A stretch of 64,000 nt of DNA from Mobula hypostoma (lineage: Eukaryota): the NCBI RefSeq assembly GCF_963921235.1, contig NC_086097.1:106332001-106396000 (forward strand), read 5' to 3'. The position numbers and the translations under genes were made by a program. Shown piece after piece: positions 50,703 to 64,000 of this stretch. The notes beneath the pieces are model-generated. The model made no database searches, was not told the origin of the DNA, and worked only from the letters and a program-made list of their open reading frames with translations. How positions within the stretch are numbered: the first letter of the stretch is position 1; each line of letters opens with the position of its first letter.

Positions 50703-52259
50703 GTAAGTATAGTATTTAAGAAAATCTTTACAAAACTGATTGCCAATAAGAAATGAGAATGTACGAATAGGAAGTGCATCTTGACACTGATATTCAATAG
50801 AAATCAATAAAATCAACAGAAATCATGGTTAATCGAAGATCCAGTGCCAAATACTTTCCCCATATTGTTTAGCAGCTTTGGTTAACAAACATCTATCAAT
50901 CTCCAATTTAAAATTAGCATCACTCTTAATCTAAATATTAGATTATGATCGTTAATGTAGTGTCCGCTTATTTTGGATTCCTTCATGATAAGACGTAATA
51001 TCATCGTTAGCATCATATTCAGTAAATTCAAACCTTTACAGAGCATTTAAGAGATCAATAGAGCAGGAAATATAAAACCAGGAGATTACTTGTCAGTCAA
51101 TGCCTGTAGGTGAACCTCTGCATACTTCAAGTGACCAAGAAGTTTATTAAATGGAAACAACGAGCTATAGAAGGAAGACTTTAAAGAGTGGTGGAAATAA
51201 AAATTACTTTGCCTCAAAAAAACAAAGTAGGTTTTCATTTAATCTCAGTATTTATAGCTCTGTGATCACCAAGTGTGATTACTAGAAGAATCTTTCCACT
51301 CTGGGTAGGTGTGGCATTGTCACTAAACGAAGATTGGTAAATAGCACAGAGCATACAGGAACTCTCACATCTCTCTGCAAATGAACGAGTAAATCAACAG
51401 AGGAAGACTACAACAAACAAACATACAGAATTGGAGGAAAGCCAGGGCAATATATCTCAGGTCTGCTCTGATATTTAAATAGAACATGACAGATCTTATT
51501 GTAATCTCAACTCTTCAATCCTGTCTACCTGTGGTAATTTTTCACACCTCGGCTTATCAAATATTCTTTTACATATTCTTTAAAAGAAATTCAAAAACCA
51601 CTATTTCAAAGTCCATACGAGGTAGAGAGCTCCAAACAATTTCACTGAATTGCTCTTTAAGTGGAAATAAATGGTTTATGCTATCAGGATGCAAAAGAAG
51701 ACAAAACAAAGAAGGGAAAAGCTGGTGCAGAGACTTTGCTTTTTGTTCATCATATAATTCAGAATTAACACAATTTTACTGTAAAGTGAGAATTACAACT
51801 GAATAATAACTACAAACTGACAGTGTTCGACAGCTGAGCCAAACATCTAATTTATTGATGGCTACCTACAGCATGCAGTAAGGGTCCCAGTATTTTGCTC
51901 ACAAACACTTATCCCTCCCGCAGCACACAAGAGTGAGGACGACTGTGATGGAAGACAGTTCTAACAGCATTCAAGAAGATTCACATTACTCAGTACAAAG
52001 CAATACAATACTTAGCAAAGCAAAGCAATACAAATTGTCAATCCGCTTTGATTCACTTCTCTAACCACCATTTAACAGAGCTGAAATGTATGCCACCTAC
52101 AAAAATGTACAGAAGCAATCTACCAAGGCTTTATTGACATCACCTCCTGACCTCTAACCTCTGTAACCCACCCCCCACAATAGAAGAGCCACCAATGAAA
52201 ATTCCAACAACTGCAAGCTCTCATTCAGTTCACATATCACCCCGATTTAAAAATACAGT

Positions 52260-52462
52260 CAGTGGCCACTTTTTTTGCAACCTATTCTACAGTCAAAGTC
52301 GCTTAGATTACATTTTTTCCCCATTCTGATACTTGGTCTGAATAACAACTGAACTTGGTTGCATGGTTGCATGCTTTTGTGCATGGAATTGCTGACACAA
52401 TATTGGCGGATTAAATATTTACATTAACGAACAGGTATATCTAGTAAAGTGGCTATTGAGAG
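52260..52462. mobile_element. Short Tc1-type MITE
   Basis: Same cagtggccact TIR as 38346-38862. Confidence 0.65.
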
Positions 52463-53260
52463 TATGTCACTTGACCTTTAATGCTTCTGAGGCAAAATCT
52501 TGAAACTCCATACCTGGAAGCTCAGGGAATAACTTAACCAACGCATCAGTTAAAAGCAGTGGCACAGCATCATCTAGTGAAGTTAGGGCTGGGTGTTAAA
52601 TCTGCCCTTGCCAGATGTAAATATATATTTTGCATTAAAATATAAACATTGGATGCCACATATTGGCTAACGTTTTACTTCGCGTCCAGTATATTCACGA
52701 CGCATTTTATATTGATTCTTTACACACATTCATATATAAAGTAAATAAGAACCATTGAGAATAGGAAAAGGTAATAGGCAAATAACTTGGGTAATGGAAA
52801 TCACACAATTTACAAGGTCTAGTGCCATGGTTTTCATTTTTGAGATTCAATGTAATTTGGAGTAATTTCACTATATATTATAAAATTTGCCTTATAATCC
52901 CACTGCCAATTTCCACAGACTTAATAGTTGCAGTTTCAACTCAAAGTTCAAAGTAAATTTATGACCAAAGTATATATGCAGTGCCTATAAAAAGTATTTA
53001 GCCCTTAGAAGTTTTCATGTTTTATTGTTTTACAACATTGAATGACAGTGGATTTAATTTGGCTTTTTTAGTCACTGATCAACAAAAAAACTCTTTCACC
53101 AAAGTGAAAACAGATTCCTTAAAAGTGATCTAAATAAATTACAAATATAACACAAAATAATTGATTGCATAAGTATTCACCATCTCCCCCTTTAGCATGA
53201 CTCACCAAATCAAAAAGTCACATAATTAGAGAAATGATCACTGTGCGCAGTCAAGGTGTT

Positions 53261-54407
53261 TCAGAATCAGAATCACATTGATGATCACCAGCATGTGTTG
53301 TGAAATTTGTTAACATATAGCAGCAGTTCAATATATGATATAGATGAAAAAATAAATACACTAATCAATTACTGTATATGTACATTGGAGATTAAAAATT
53401 ATGTAAAAACAGAAATAATGTATATTGAAAAAGTAAGGTAATGGTCACATGTTCAATGACCATTTAGGAATTGGATAGGCAGAGGGGAAGAAGCTGTTCC
53501 TGAATTGCAGAGTGTATGCCTTTAGGCTTCTGTATCTCCTCCCTGATGGTAACGGTGGGAAAAGGGCATGCTCTGGATGCTGGAGGTTCTTAATAATGGA
53601 CGCTGCCTTGCTGAGACACCGCTCCTTGAAGATGGCCTGGGTACTTTGTAGGCTAGGACCTAAGGTGGAACCGACTAAATTTATGACCATCTGCAGCTTC
53701 TTTTGGTCCTGTTCAGTAGACCCCCATACTAGACAATGATGCAGCCTGTCAGAATACTCTCCAAGGTACATCTATAGAAGTTTTTGAGTGTTTTTGTTGA
53801 CATACCAAATCTCTTCAAACTCCTAATGAAGTATAGTCAGTCTTGCCTTCTTTATAGCTGCATCAATATGTTGGGACCGGGTTAGGTCCTCAGAGATCTT
53901 GACACCCAGGAACTTGAAACTGCTCACTCTCTCCACCTCTGATCCCTCTAAGAGGATTAGTATATGTTCCTTCGTCTTACCCTTCCTTAAGTTCACAATC
54001 AGCTCTTTTGTCTTACTGATGTTGAGTGCAAGGTTGTTGCTGCAACTGCATTCCATTAGTTGGCATATCTCACTCCTATACGCCCTCTCGTCTTCATCTG
54101 AGATTCTACCAACAATGGTTGTACCATCAGCAAATTGATAGATGGTATTTGAGCTATACCTACCCACACGTTCATGGGTATAGAGGGAGAACAACAGTGG
54201 GCTAAGCATACGCCCCTGAGGTGGCCCAGTGTTGATCATCAACGAGGAGAAGATATTATCAACAATCCTCACAGATTCTGATCTTCCGGTTAGGAAGTCA
54301 AGGATCCAATTGCAGAGGGAGGTACAGAGGCTTTGGTTCCGTAACTTCTCAATCAGGATTGTGGGAATTATGGTATTATGTGCTGAGCTATAGTCAATGA
54401 ACAGCAC
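53261..54407 (-). mobile_element. Rex1/Babar LINE, 5'-truncated, inside Tc1
   Basis: [29 protein letters not shown] and LPSGRRYRS motifs. Confidence 0.9.
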
Positions 54408-54571
54408 CCTCATTTGATTGCAGTAAAAATACACCTGTATCTGGAAGGTCCAACCACTGGTGAGTCAGTATCCTGGCAAAAACTGTACCATGAACACAAA
54501 GGAACATTCCAAGCAACTCCGAGAACATGTTATTGAAAAGCAAGTCAGGAGATGGATTAAAGAAAATTTCC

Positions 54572-56638
54572 GGGGTTCCGGTGACGTCATTGTTCAGAAT
54601 GGCAGCTTAGATCAACAGCTCCTCTGGAAAAACACATATTTTGCCCCGTTAATCCATCAAATATAAGATCTTTCAAAAATATCTGAATTGATAAGGGGGC
54701 ACGAATGGGGAGAAAGAATGGAGATAAAAAAAGCACCACTGCGGAGCCTATGGAAGAGAGAGGTACAGCACGTGGCTCTCCTACACGTGTGTGTGGCGGC
54801 AAAGCTGATGCTGGGCCTACTGCAGGCGAAGCGGCAAATATGATAAGGATTTTGGAAGAGATAAGGGAAGTCCAAAAAGATATAAAGCAGCAACTCAATG
54901 ATACAAAGTCAGAGCTCGCCAACGTCAATGAGAAAATAGCGGTGGCAGAGACTCGAATTGAGAAGATAGAAGACGTGGAACAAATACTAAGTAAGACAAT
55001 AAAAATATTAAATCAACAGGAAAGTAAATTGCTTGACCAGGAGGGAAGATCGCAATGGAAAAATATCAGGATTTATACTGTTCCCGAAGGAGCGGAGGGA
55101 TTGTCGATGATGGACTTTGTAGACAAGCTGCTGCGGGAAGCGCTGGAGATACCTCAGACTACGGAGATTGAATTTGAAAGGGCGCACCGTTCGCTTGTCC
55201 AGCGGCCTCCCGGAGACAGAGAAGGTAAACCGCACTCCATTATACTTAGCTTCCTTCGATTCAAGAGCAAGGCGGAGATTCTATGAAGGGCCTGGGTTAA
55301 GAAGAGGGTGTTTTGGAACGGGAAGTTAATATACTTCGATCATGATTACCCCCCGGCGGTCCTACAGAAACGGAAGGAATATTCCAAAGCGAAATTAATA
55401 TTAAAGCAAGAAAATATTAAATTCCAAACCCCGTACCCTGCTAAACTGTGGGTATTTGACCAAGAAGGGATAAAACTATATCAGATGGTGGAAGGGGCGA
55501 CTATAGACATGAAGAACAGAGGACTGCCCATTAGCGTGGTCAAACTAAGGGAAACTCTGGCTGAGCAGTTATCCCGAACTACTCGGGAAATAGTAAGAGA
55601 ACCTAGAAGGCAGGGGACGGGAACAGGATGAGAGAAGGATTTTAGGAAGAAACTGTCAGTTCTCTGAGGGCAGCCCTCACCTCCTCCAGAAGAGCCATAA
55701 GGTTTGGCTAACTTTAAAAGTGCTGATAAACCAAACAGAAGCAAAAAATATGCGGGGATATACCTATCTCGAGAAATACATGTTATAATGTGGATTTTAC
55801 TCAATTTAAAAAAAAATTCATTTATCATTCCTTTTTCCCCACCTAAATGAGAATATATACATGGGAGGGATACACAGGGAAATCATTTCTATGTAATGGA
55901 CATAGTTATTTTTTTACTTACTTTTATAGGCACTGCAGCAGGGGCCCTCAATCCACAGGCAGGAGGGGCTATCCCCCATGGCTAGACTTTTCTTCCAGCC
56001 CAACCCAGGGTCATCTGGAGACCCCAGCCTTGGAACCACACCTTCCTTACCTTTCTTTTTATTATTCACTTTTCTTGGTTTTTATTTGTTCAGTGAGTAG
56101 ATCGATTAAGTTATATTCTGCGTAGAGAGTAAGACCATATATTTTGGGTATATACCTCAAGAATGGTTGAAAAGAGATAAATATAAATATTTAATGAATG
56201 TACTGCTGGTGGCTGGTAAAAAGACCCTTACCAGGAAATGGTTATCTCGGGAGACCCCAACTTTAAATGTATGGATGGAAATTACAATGGACATTGACAA
56301 AATGGAGAAGATAACAACATCTGTTAATCATAAGTTGGAACAATTTTATTCATACTGGAAAAATGGTTTAACTACATAACATCTGATAGGCCTGATTTTA
56401 TTCTCACAATCAAAGAATATGTTGTTAAAAAAAAAATCACTCCCTACTATGTACATAGTTTTCTACTTTCGATTGTTCTTTCTTTCCTCTTCTTTCTATA
56501 AGAGTATACCTCAGATAAATATTATATGGAGATTTGTGACAAATATGATTATATGATATATTTGTACAATATCTGAAATACATCCTATGGAAATGCTTGT
56601 TTGATGATGAAACTCAATAAAAAATAAATTACAAAAAA
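54572..56638 (+). mobile_element. L1-clade element retaining 5'UTR, ORF1 and only the ORF2 C-terminus
   Basis: 13-bp TSD aaagaaaatttcc (54559-54571 and 56639-56651), AATAAA plus A-tail, ORF1 motifs and ORF2 end (KKTLTRKWLS..PTL..W). Confidence 0.9.
54705..55700 (+). pseudogene. L1 ORF1 (coiled coil-RRM-CTD) with in-frame stops
   Basis: EGRSQWKNIRIYTVPEGAE, ERAHR, IYFDHDYP and YPAKL motifs; the two ORF pieces share a frame. Confidence 0.85.
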
Positions 56639-58949
56639 AAAGAAAATTTCCAAGTCTCTGAATATCCCTCGAAGTACAGTTGTCAATCATCAAGAAATGA
56701 AAAGAGTATGACACAGCTGTAAATTTGTCTAGAGCAGGCTGTCCTCAAAAACTTTGTGACCAAAAAGAAGGGGACTAGTGAGGAACGCCACCAAGAGACC
56801 GATGACAACTCTGAACCAGTTACAAGCTTCAGTGGCTGAAATGGGAGAAACTGGGCATGCAACATTGTTGCCCGAGTGCTTCACCAGTCCCAGCTTTATG
56901 GAAGAGTGGTAAAAAGAAAGTCACCGTTAAAAAAAACACACATGAAATCTCAGCTAGAGGTTGCCGGAAGGCGTGTGGGAGAATCTGAAGTCAGCTGGAA
57001 TAAGGTTCTATGGTCTGATGAAACCAAAATTGAGCTTTTTGGCCATCAGACTGAACACTATGTTTGGCGTAAGCCAAACACAGCACATCATTTAAAACAC
57101 ACCATCCCTACCATGAAGATGGTGGTGGCTGCATCATGCTGTGGGGATGCTTCACTGCAGCAGGCCCTGGAAGGCTTGTCAAGGTAGAGGGTAAAATGAA
57201 TGCAGCAAAATACAGGGAAAACCTGGAGGAAAACCTGATTCAGCCTGCAAGATGACTACGACTTGGGAGAAGATCTGTTTTCTAGCAAGACAATAACCCT
57301 AAGCATAAAGCTATAGCTGCACAGGAATGGTTTACAAACAACAAAGTTCATGTCCTGGAGTGGCCAAGTCAGAGTCCAGACCTCAATCCAATTGAGAATT
57401 TGTGTCTGGACTTGAAAAGAGCTGTTCACTCATGACCCCGATGCAATGTGACAGAGCTTGAGCAGTTTTGTGAAGAAGAATGGGGAAAAACTTCTGTATC
57501 CGAATGTGCAAAGCTATTCACACAGACTCAAGGCTGTAAGTGCTGTCAAAGGTACATCTACTAAATATTGACGAAGGTGGGTGAATACTTATGGCAGCAA
57601 TTATTTCGTGTTTTATATTTGTAGTTCATTTAGATCACCTTGTAGAGATCTGTTTACACTTTGACACAAAAGCAACTTTTTCTGTTGATTGATGTCAAAA
57701 AAGCCAAATTAAATCCACTGTGATTCAATGTTGTAAAACAATAAACCATGAAAACTTTGGGGGGGTTGCATACTTTTTATAAACACTGTAAGAATAGATA
57801 GCAGAGGGGTCAGCTCACTGCCCACTGAGGCAAGCATGCAAGATCAGAAAGGGTTCATGCGCTATATGTTATGAAATACAAAAATGTATACATTTCAGGA
57901 GTCTAGACCTTCTTCACTTTGCAGCTGGCCGGCAAATGATCCAACCTTACTGTTGCTGTTAATAAAAGTGATTTTATATACAAATGTCTAATCACACAGA
58001 CCTAGGACTCATGCTTTTCTTGTTGTATGTTTAACTGACTATATCAGTGATAATACTTCTCAATAATATGGGAAATTGATGGAGAATTTAAAATAGTTTC
58101 AAAATCAAAGTTTCTCGGTATATCGGAAAAATAGTTCAGAGGCCACAATCACATTTGCCCAATATGGCTTTACATTCCAAGCTGACCTTGTTGTTCTCTC
58201 TGCCTTTTCAGATATGTTTTATCAGAATTCTTTGGGCTGTCTCCTGTTTGTCAATCTCCAAAGACGAGGAAAGATAAATGTCATTTCAGTAGCAACAAGC
58301 CTAGCACTCCTCAATGTGAAACTTCAAATCATTTCCAAAGTATTGCTGTGTATTTGGAGTCTGCAGGTTTAAAACTTGTCCACCACGATTGCACAGGATT
58401 TATGAAGGAGTAAAACTCTTCAGCCAACATCCAGCAGCTTATTAATTTAATAGACTCCTGTCCATTCCTTGATATTCTATCCTTGACAGTCTCTCAAGAT
58501 AAGGTAAAGCTTTTTGACAGGGAAGAGTGCACATATATTCTGCTGTTTTCTGTTGGATGGTTTTTGCAAGAAGATGAGACTAAGTTTTCCACCATTATTG
58601 ATGCTGTTTCCATACAAATTTTACTGGTCCAGATTAACAATAAAGTGTGAATTCATGACTGTACTTCCAGGAATGAGATGTAAAATACTACGAATATGAA
58701 GAAATCCATCCTTAGCTCACAATTTGCAAAAAGCATCAATTTCAATGGACGACAGTGGACAACATTAAAGTTACTTAAAAAGCATAGTTTCAACTTCACT
58801 CTTCCATTATCTCTAGATTTTTCCCTTTCAAATGCCCACTGAACTGCTTTGTATTGCAAATACTTCCTTTTCATTTCAGATTTCAGCTTTCATATTTTCT
58901 GCTAATCTCTACAAATTGGTAATCAGTGGTAGTAAAGTAGTCAACCTAT

Positions 58950-60270
58950 TTTTGTTCAATGTTCAAAGTAAAATTTATTATCAGAATACATACATGTAAC
59001 CACATATAACTGAGATTATTTTTCTGTGGTCACACTTGGCAAGTCTATAGAACAGTAACTGTAAACTGGATCAATGAACAAAAAACTATGCAAATACAAA
59101 TATAAATAAATAGCAATAAATAACGAGCATGAAATGACAATGTAAAGAGTCTTTAAAGTGAGCCCATCGGTTGTGAGAATCCTTTTGTTCAAGAGCCTGG
59201 TGGTTGAGGGGTAGTAACTATTCTGGAATCTGCTGGTGCAAGTCCTGAGGCATTTCTACCTTCTACCTGATGGCAGCAGTAAGAAAAGGGCATGGTCTGG
59301 GTGGTGAGGATCTTTGATGATGGATGCTGCTTTCCTTTGGCAACATTTCATGAAGATGTGCTCAATGGTTGTGAGGGTTTTCCGCGTGATGTACTAGGTC
59401 GAATCCACTACCTTTTGTAGGATTTTCTGCTCAAAGGTATTGGTTTTCCCATACCAGGCCTTAATGCAGCCAGTCAGCACAGTTTCCACCACATACCTAT
59501 AGAGGTTTGCCAAGGTTTTTGTTGATCTGCTGAACCTCCACAGACTCCTGAGGTAATAGAGGTGCTGTCGTGCTTTCGTTGCAATTGTATTTATGTGCTG
59601 GGTCCAGGACAGGTCCCCTGAGATAGTGACATCCAGGAATTTAAAGTAACTGACCTTCTCCACTTTGATGATTACTGGCTCATGGACTTCTGGTATCCCT
59701 CTCTTGAGTCCACAATCAGTTCCTTGGTCTTATTGATATTGAGTGAGAGGTTGATATTACACTACTCAGCCAATTTTTCAATCTCCCTCCAGTATTCTGA
59801 TTCATCACCACCTTTGATACGGCCCACAACAGTGGTGTCATCAGCAAACTTGTATACGGTGTTGGAGCTGAGCTTAGCCACACAATTATAGGTGCAAAAC
59901 AAGTAGAGCAGGGGTTAAGTACACATCCATGCAGTTTTCCTGTGCTGATAGAGATCGTGGAGGAGATTTTTTGCCAATCCAAACTGACTGGGGTCTACAA
60001 GTGAGGAAAAGCAGGATCCAATTCCACTAGGGAGTACTGCGGCCCAAGCCTTGGCATTTACTGATTAGTTTTGCAGGGATGATGGTATTAAATGCTGAGC
60101 TGTAATCCAGGGTTGTGTGAAGAGCCAATGAGATGGCGTCTGCTGTAGACCTCTTGCTTTGGTAGCTGAATTGGAGAGGATTCATGTCACCATTCAGACA
60201 GGAACTGACATGCTTCAACACCAGCCTCTCAAAACACCTCATCACTGTGAATGTAAGTGCCACTGGTCCA
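58950..60270 (-). mobile_element. Rex-Babar LINE fragment
   Basis: MRCFERLV, NPLQFSY, DYSSAFNTIIP and KARQHLYYLR motifs. Confidence 0.88.
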
Positions 60271-60344
60271 TGTTAAATAATGGACCAACACAGTGCTATG
60301 ATTTTGATGCGCACTGTCTGTAGTTCTATTGAGAAAACATAAAT

Positions 60345-60501
60345 ACAAAAGATACTGCAGATGCTGGAAATCCATAGCAACATGCACAAAATGCTGGAGG
60401 AACTCAGCATGTCAGGCAGCATCTGTGGAGGAGAATAAATAGTTTTGGGCCAAGATCTTTCATTAGAAGTCGCGATGAAGGCTCTTGGACCTAAATGTTG
60501 A
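60345..60501. mobile_element. Penelope-like tail with short inverted hammerhead-derived arm
   Basis: tttgggccaagatctttcat...gatgaaggctcttggacctaaa. Confidence 0.65.
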
Positions 60502-60599
60502 AGTGCAGAGATGGGGAGATCAGAGACAGTGATTCTGAACGTGCAGGCTGCCCAGTCTGATCTAGCTCATTGTTTCAGCACAGTAATATATTTATTTAT

Positions 60600-60870
60600 T
60601 TACAGATACAGAGTGGAACAGACCCTACTGGTCCAATGAGCCGTGCCGCCCAGCAAACCTCTTATTTAACCCAAGCCTAATCACAGGACAATTTACAATG
60701 TCTAATCAACCTACTAGCCAGTACATCTTTGGAATGTGGAAGGAAACGGCAGCACCCGGGGTTAACTTATGTGTTCATACAATCTCCTTACAAATGGCAT
60801 TGGAATTAGACTACAAATTCCGATGCTCCGAGCTGCAATAGCATTGTGCAAATGCTACAACACCATGGTG
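60600..60870 (-). mobile_element. V-SINE-like SINE
   Basis: Matches the copy at 3581-3849. Confidence 0.7.
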
Positions 60871-61221
60871 TAAAGTTGCTCAATATATTATTTAATTAAC
60901 AGACTCTTTTCTGCTATGCTTCCTTGGATGTGCTGATATATTTAACATATTAGGTAACCGCTAAAGTTTTTGTTACCTGAACAATTTTTCATTCCAACAA
61001 ACCTGCAATTTCAAATTCAAAAGTTGCAAAAAAAAAACTTTATAAGCTTTCCACGTAAATTTAAATTAAATCAAGAACAGTAAGAATTTAGGATGTTCCT
61101 GCCCCTGTCCTTATCCGCTATCCACAAAGTACTTCTAATTAGTGAACACCAGCTATCAATCTGCGATAGAAGATCGCAGATTGCCACTGCCACTCACTGC
61201 GTCATTAAGAGCATCTGTGCA

Positions 61222-62670
61222 TCAATAGACAATAGACAATAGGTGCAGGAGTAGGCCATTCAGCCCTTCGAGCCAGCACCGCTATTCACTGTGATCATGG
61301 CTGATCATCCACAATCAGTATCCAGTTCCTGCCTTATCCCCATAACCTTTAATTCCGCTATCTTTAAGAGCTCTATCCATCTCTTTCTTGAAAGCATCCA
61401 GAGACTTGGCCTCCACAGCCTTCTGGGGCAGAGCATTCCATATATCCACCGCTCTCTGGGTGAAAAAGTTTTTCCTCAACTCCGTTCTAAATGGCCTACC
61501 CTTTATTCTTAAACTGTGGCCTCTGGTTCTGGACTCATCCATCAGCAGGAACATGCTTCCTGCCTCCAGCGTGTCCAATCCCTTAATAATCTTATATGTT
61601 TCAATCAGATCCCCTCTCATCCTTCTAAATTCCAGAGTATACAAGCCCAGTCGCACCAATCTTTCAACATATGACAGTCCCGCCATCCTGGGAATTAACT
61701 TTGTGAACCTACGCTGCACTCCCTCAAAAGCAAGAATGTCCTTCCTCAAATTTGGAGACCAAAACTGCACACAGTACTCCAGGTGTGGTCTCACCAGGGC
61801 CCAGCTGCAGAAGGACCTCTTTGCTCTTAATACTCAATTCCCCTTGTTATGAAGGCCAGCATGCCATTAGCTTTCTTCACTGCCTGCTGTACTTGCATAT
61901 TTCATTCAGAGACTGATGTACAAGAACACCTAGATCTCGTTGTGCTTCCCCTTTTCCTAACTTGACTCCATTTAGATAATAATCTGTCTTCCCATTCTTA
62001 CCACCAAAGTGGATAACCTCACATTTATCCACATTAAACTGCATCTGCCATGAATCTGCCCTCTCCCCAGCCTGTCCAAGTCACCCTGCATTCTCATAAC
62101 ATCCTCCTCACATTTCACACTGCCACCCAGCTTTGGCAAATTTACTAATATTACTTTTAATTCCCTCATCTAAATCATTAATATATATTATAAAGAGCTG
62201 CGATCCCAGCACTGAACCCTGCGGTACCCCACTGGTCACCGCCTGCCATTCCGAAAGGGACCCGTTAATCGCTACTCTTTGTTTTCTGTCGGCCAGCCAA
62301 TTTTCAATCCATGTCAGTACTCTACTCCCAATACCATGTGCCCTAATTTTGCCCACTAATCTCCTATGTGGGACTTTATCAAAGGCTTTCTGAAAGTCCA
62401 GGTACACTACATCCACTGGCTTTCCCTTGTCCATTTTCATAGTTACATCCTCAAAAAATTCCAGAAGATTAATCAAGCATGATTTCCCCTTCGTAAATTC
62501 ATGCTGACTCGGACCAATCCTGTTACTGCTATCCAGATGTGTCGTAATTTCATCTTTTATAATTGACTCCAGCATCTTTCCCACCACCGACGTCAGGCTA
62601 ACCGGTCTATAATTCCCAGTTTTCTCTCTTCCTCCCTTCTTGAAGAGAGGGACAACATTAGCCACCCTGC
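61222..62670 (-). mobile_element. CR1 LINE 3' part (young)
   Basis: NYRPVSLTSVVGK, VYLDFQKAFDKVPH, VPQGSVLG and RPHLEYCVQFW motifs; (ctattgt)n tail. Confidence 0.93.
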
Positions 62671-62999
62671 CACAACCAGCATCAGAGCCATTAAATGTAA
62701 CATCAGATACTGTAAAATAACCAGGTTTAATAAAGATGTTGAACAACTGACTTTATTTTATTTGAACTGTTGTCTTGCTCTTCTGTACATCTGACAAATG
62801 CTTGTAGAGTAGTAAAAATGGTCTGGCCATTTTGGCCATTAATTTCCCCTTGCTATTCTGACTTATACACAAAAGGTATTTTTAACAATAAGTTTGAAGT
62901 CATTGTATATTCCAATGCTGACCTAGCTGACCTCTAACACCGTGTCCGCTGTGTGGTCGACCTTTACAAAACCTCTGCTCTCTGTATTATATGTTGCAT

Positions 63000-63135
63000 G
63001 GTGCCATCATCAATTAGCACTTTACTCACAGGTTTGCACTCACTCTGGATAATCTGCAAAATTCTTATCTTTGTTTTCAAATCCCTCAATGGCCTTGCCC
63101 TATCTTGTCTCAGTAAACTCTTCAAAATGAACATT
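63000..63135 (+). mobile_element. L2 LINE remnant
   Basis: LLTGLHSL..ICKILIFVFKSLNGLA..CLS resembles the L2 ORF2 C-terminal LHWL..FK.L.GLAP motif. Confidence 0.55.
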
Positions 63136-63374
63136 CTGATATTCTGCCATCTCATATTACCTTCTTACACAATGACACCTAATTTCTGTCTCAGGGGCCT
63201 TCCTGGGCCCTGACTGTGAGGCTGTCCTGGTGTTGACATCTTCCATAAGGATTTCTATGGCATTGTCTGTGCAATAGGCTGTCCACTTCCACGGCTGACC
63301 AGAAGATTATTGGTCAGCCTACAATGATGTCCAGCTGCAGCTAGAGGATGTTGCGCGGTTTCAATAATAAGCTT

Positions 63375-64000
63375 GTGTCCGGTTTAAGATGGTACTGCTG
63401 AAGCCCAGCAACTACTTATTGACGGCAAACAAAACAAAGAATACAACTAAATACTTCATTAATAACTTTCTGGTAAAAATTATGATAAACAACAACTGCA
63501 AATAATGGAGAGGCCAGCAAAGGCGAGGCTGAGTTGAGGGTTGAAGCGTGCAGGTACAGGGCGAAGTTGAGACATATTTGAGGCAATGTTGGGCAAGTGA
63601 AATGAGGTGAGGCCAGTCCATCTAAACCAAGAGCGAGATTTGATCAGTTCAAGTGTCAGGCCAATTTGGAAAGGTTGGGTACAGGCCGAAACATGGCGAT
63701 GTGGTCCAGATCCAGAGTATATCGATGTGAAAGGATCTGGAGTTTCTAGAATGAGGAATGACCTGGTGTTTGGACAATTTAAACGATGGGTCAGATGGAT
63801 CGAAAAAGGGTGTTGTTGGGACCAGAGGCAAGGGTTGGGCCGGTTCTGCTCACTGCTCCATGACGTTTACTTGGCTCTGCACTGAACTGAAGCTGAGGCT
63901 GTGGCCTGCTCCGGCTGCCCCAGGCTTCGTGTCTGTGGACTCACTTTTGTTCCGAATGCTACTTGCTTACTTTTATTATTTGCAAGACTTGTTATTTTTT
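63375..64000 (+). mobile_element. Non-coding non-autonomous retroelement (runs off the window)
   Basis: aagatgg-headed non-coding body followed by a LINE-like T-rich 3'UTR; no credible ORF. Confidence 0.4.

Larger units (their letters stand above)
52979..57788 (+). mobile_element. Tc1-family DNA transposon (decayed) with nested Rex-Babar and L1 insertions
   Basis: Long TIRs cagtgcctataaaaagtat / atactttttataaacactg+TA; transposase motifs KVLWSDETKIELFG, F*QDNNPKH and [17 protein letters not shown]. Confidence 0.92.

Noticed and set aside
58212..58375. Coding exon after a strong acceptor (ctctctgccttttcag)
   Set aside because: The translation is unrecognisable, ends in a stop, and has no convincing donor.

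Overview
Vertebrate genomic DNA, most likely from a cartilaginous fish (inferred from HE1/V-SINE-like SINEs and the CR1, Rex-Babar and Penelope content). It is probably intronic or intergenic and is dominated by decayed and nested transposable elements: CR1, Rex1/Babar, RTE, L2, Penelope-like, an internally deleted L1, Tc1, hAT, a Gypsy remnant and tRNA-SINEs. A degenerate ~32-bp minisatellite spans about 19.6-23.4 kb. No intact host CDS is recognisable, but two + strand exon-like segments (456-519 and a 19-nt micro-exon at 50684-50702) hint at a large-intron host gene. The most striking feature is a near-complete R2-superfamily (HERO-like, restriction-like endonuclease) retrotransposon on the - strand (4387-8128). 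A second copy of its own 3' end (8129-8452) sits directly upstream. Both terminal repeats contain a 73-nt segment that folds by eye into a hammerhead ribozyme with a non-circularly permuted (pseudoknotted) strand order and a canonical k-turn in stem III. This suggests ribozyme-processed, possibly circular, unit-length RNA intermediates. All family assignments and folds come from reading the sequence by eye; none was computed or tested.
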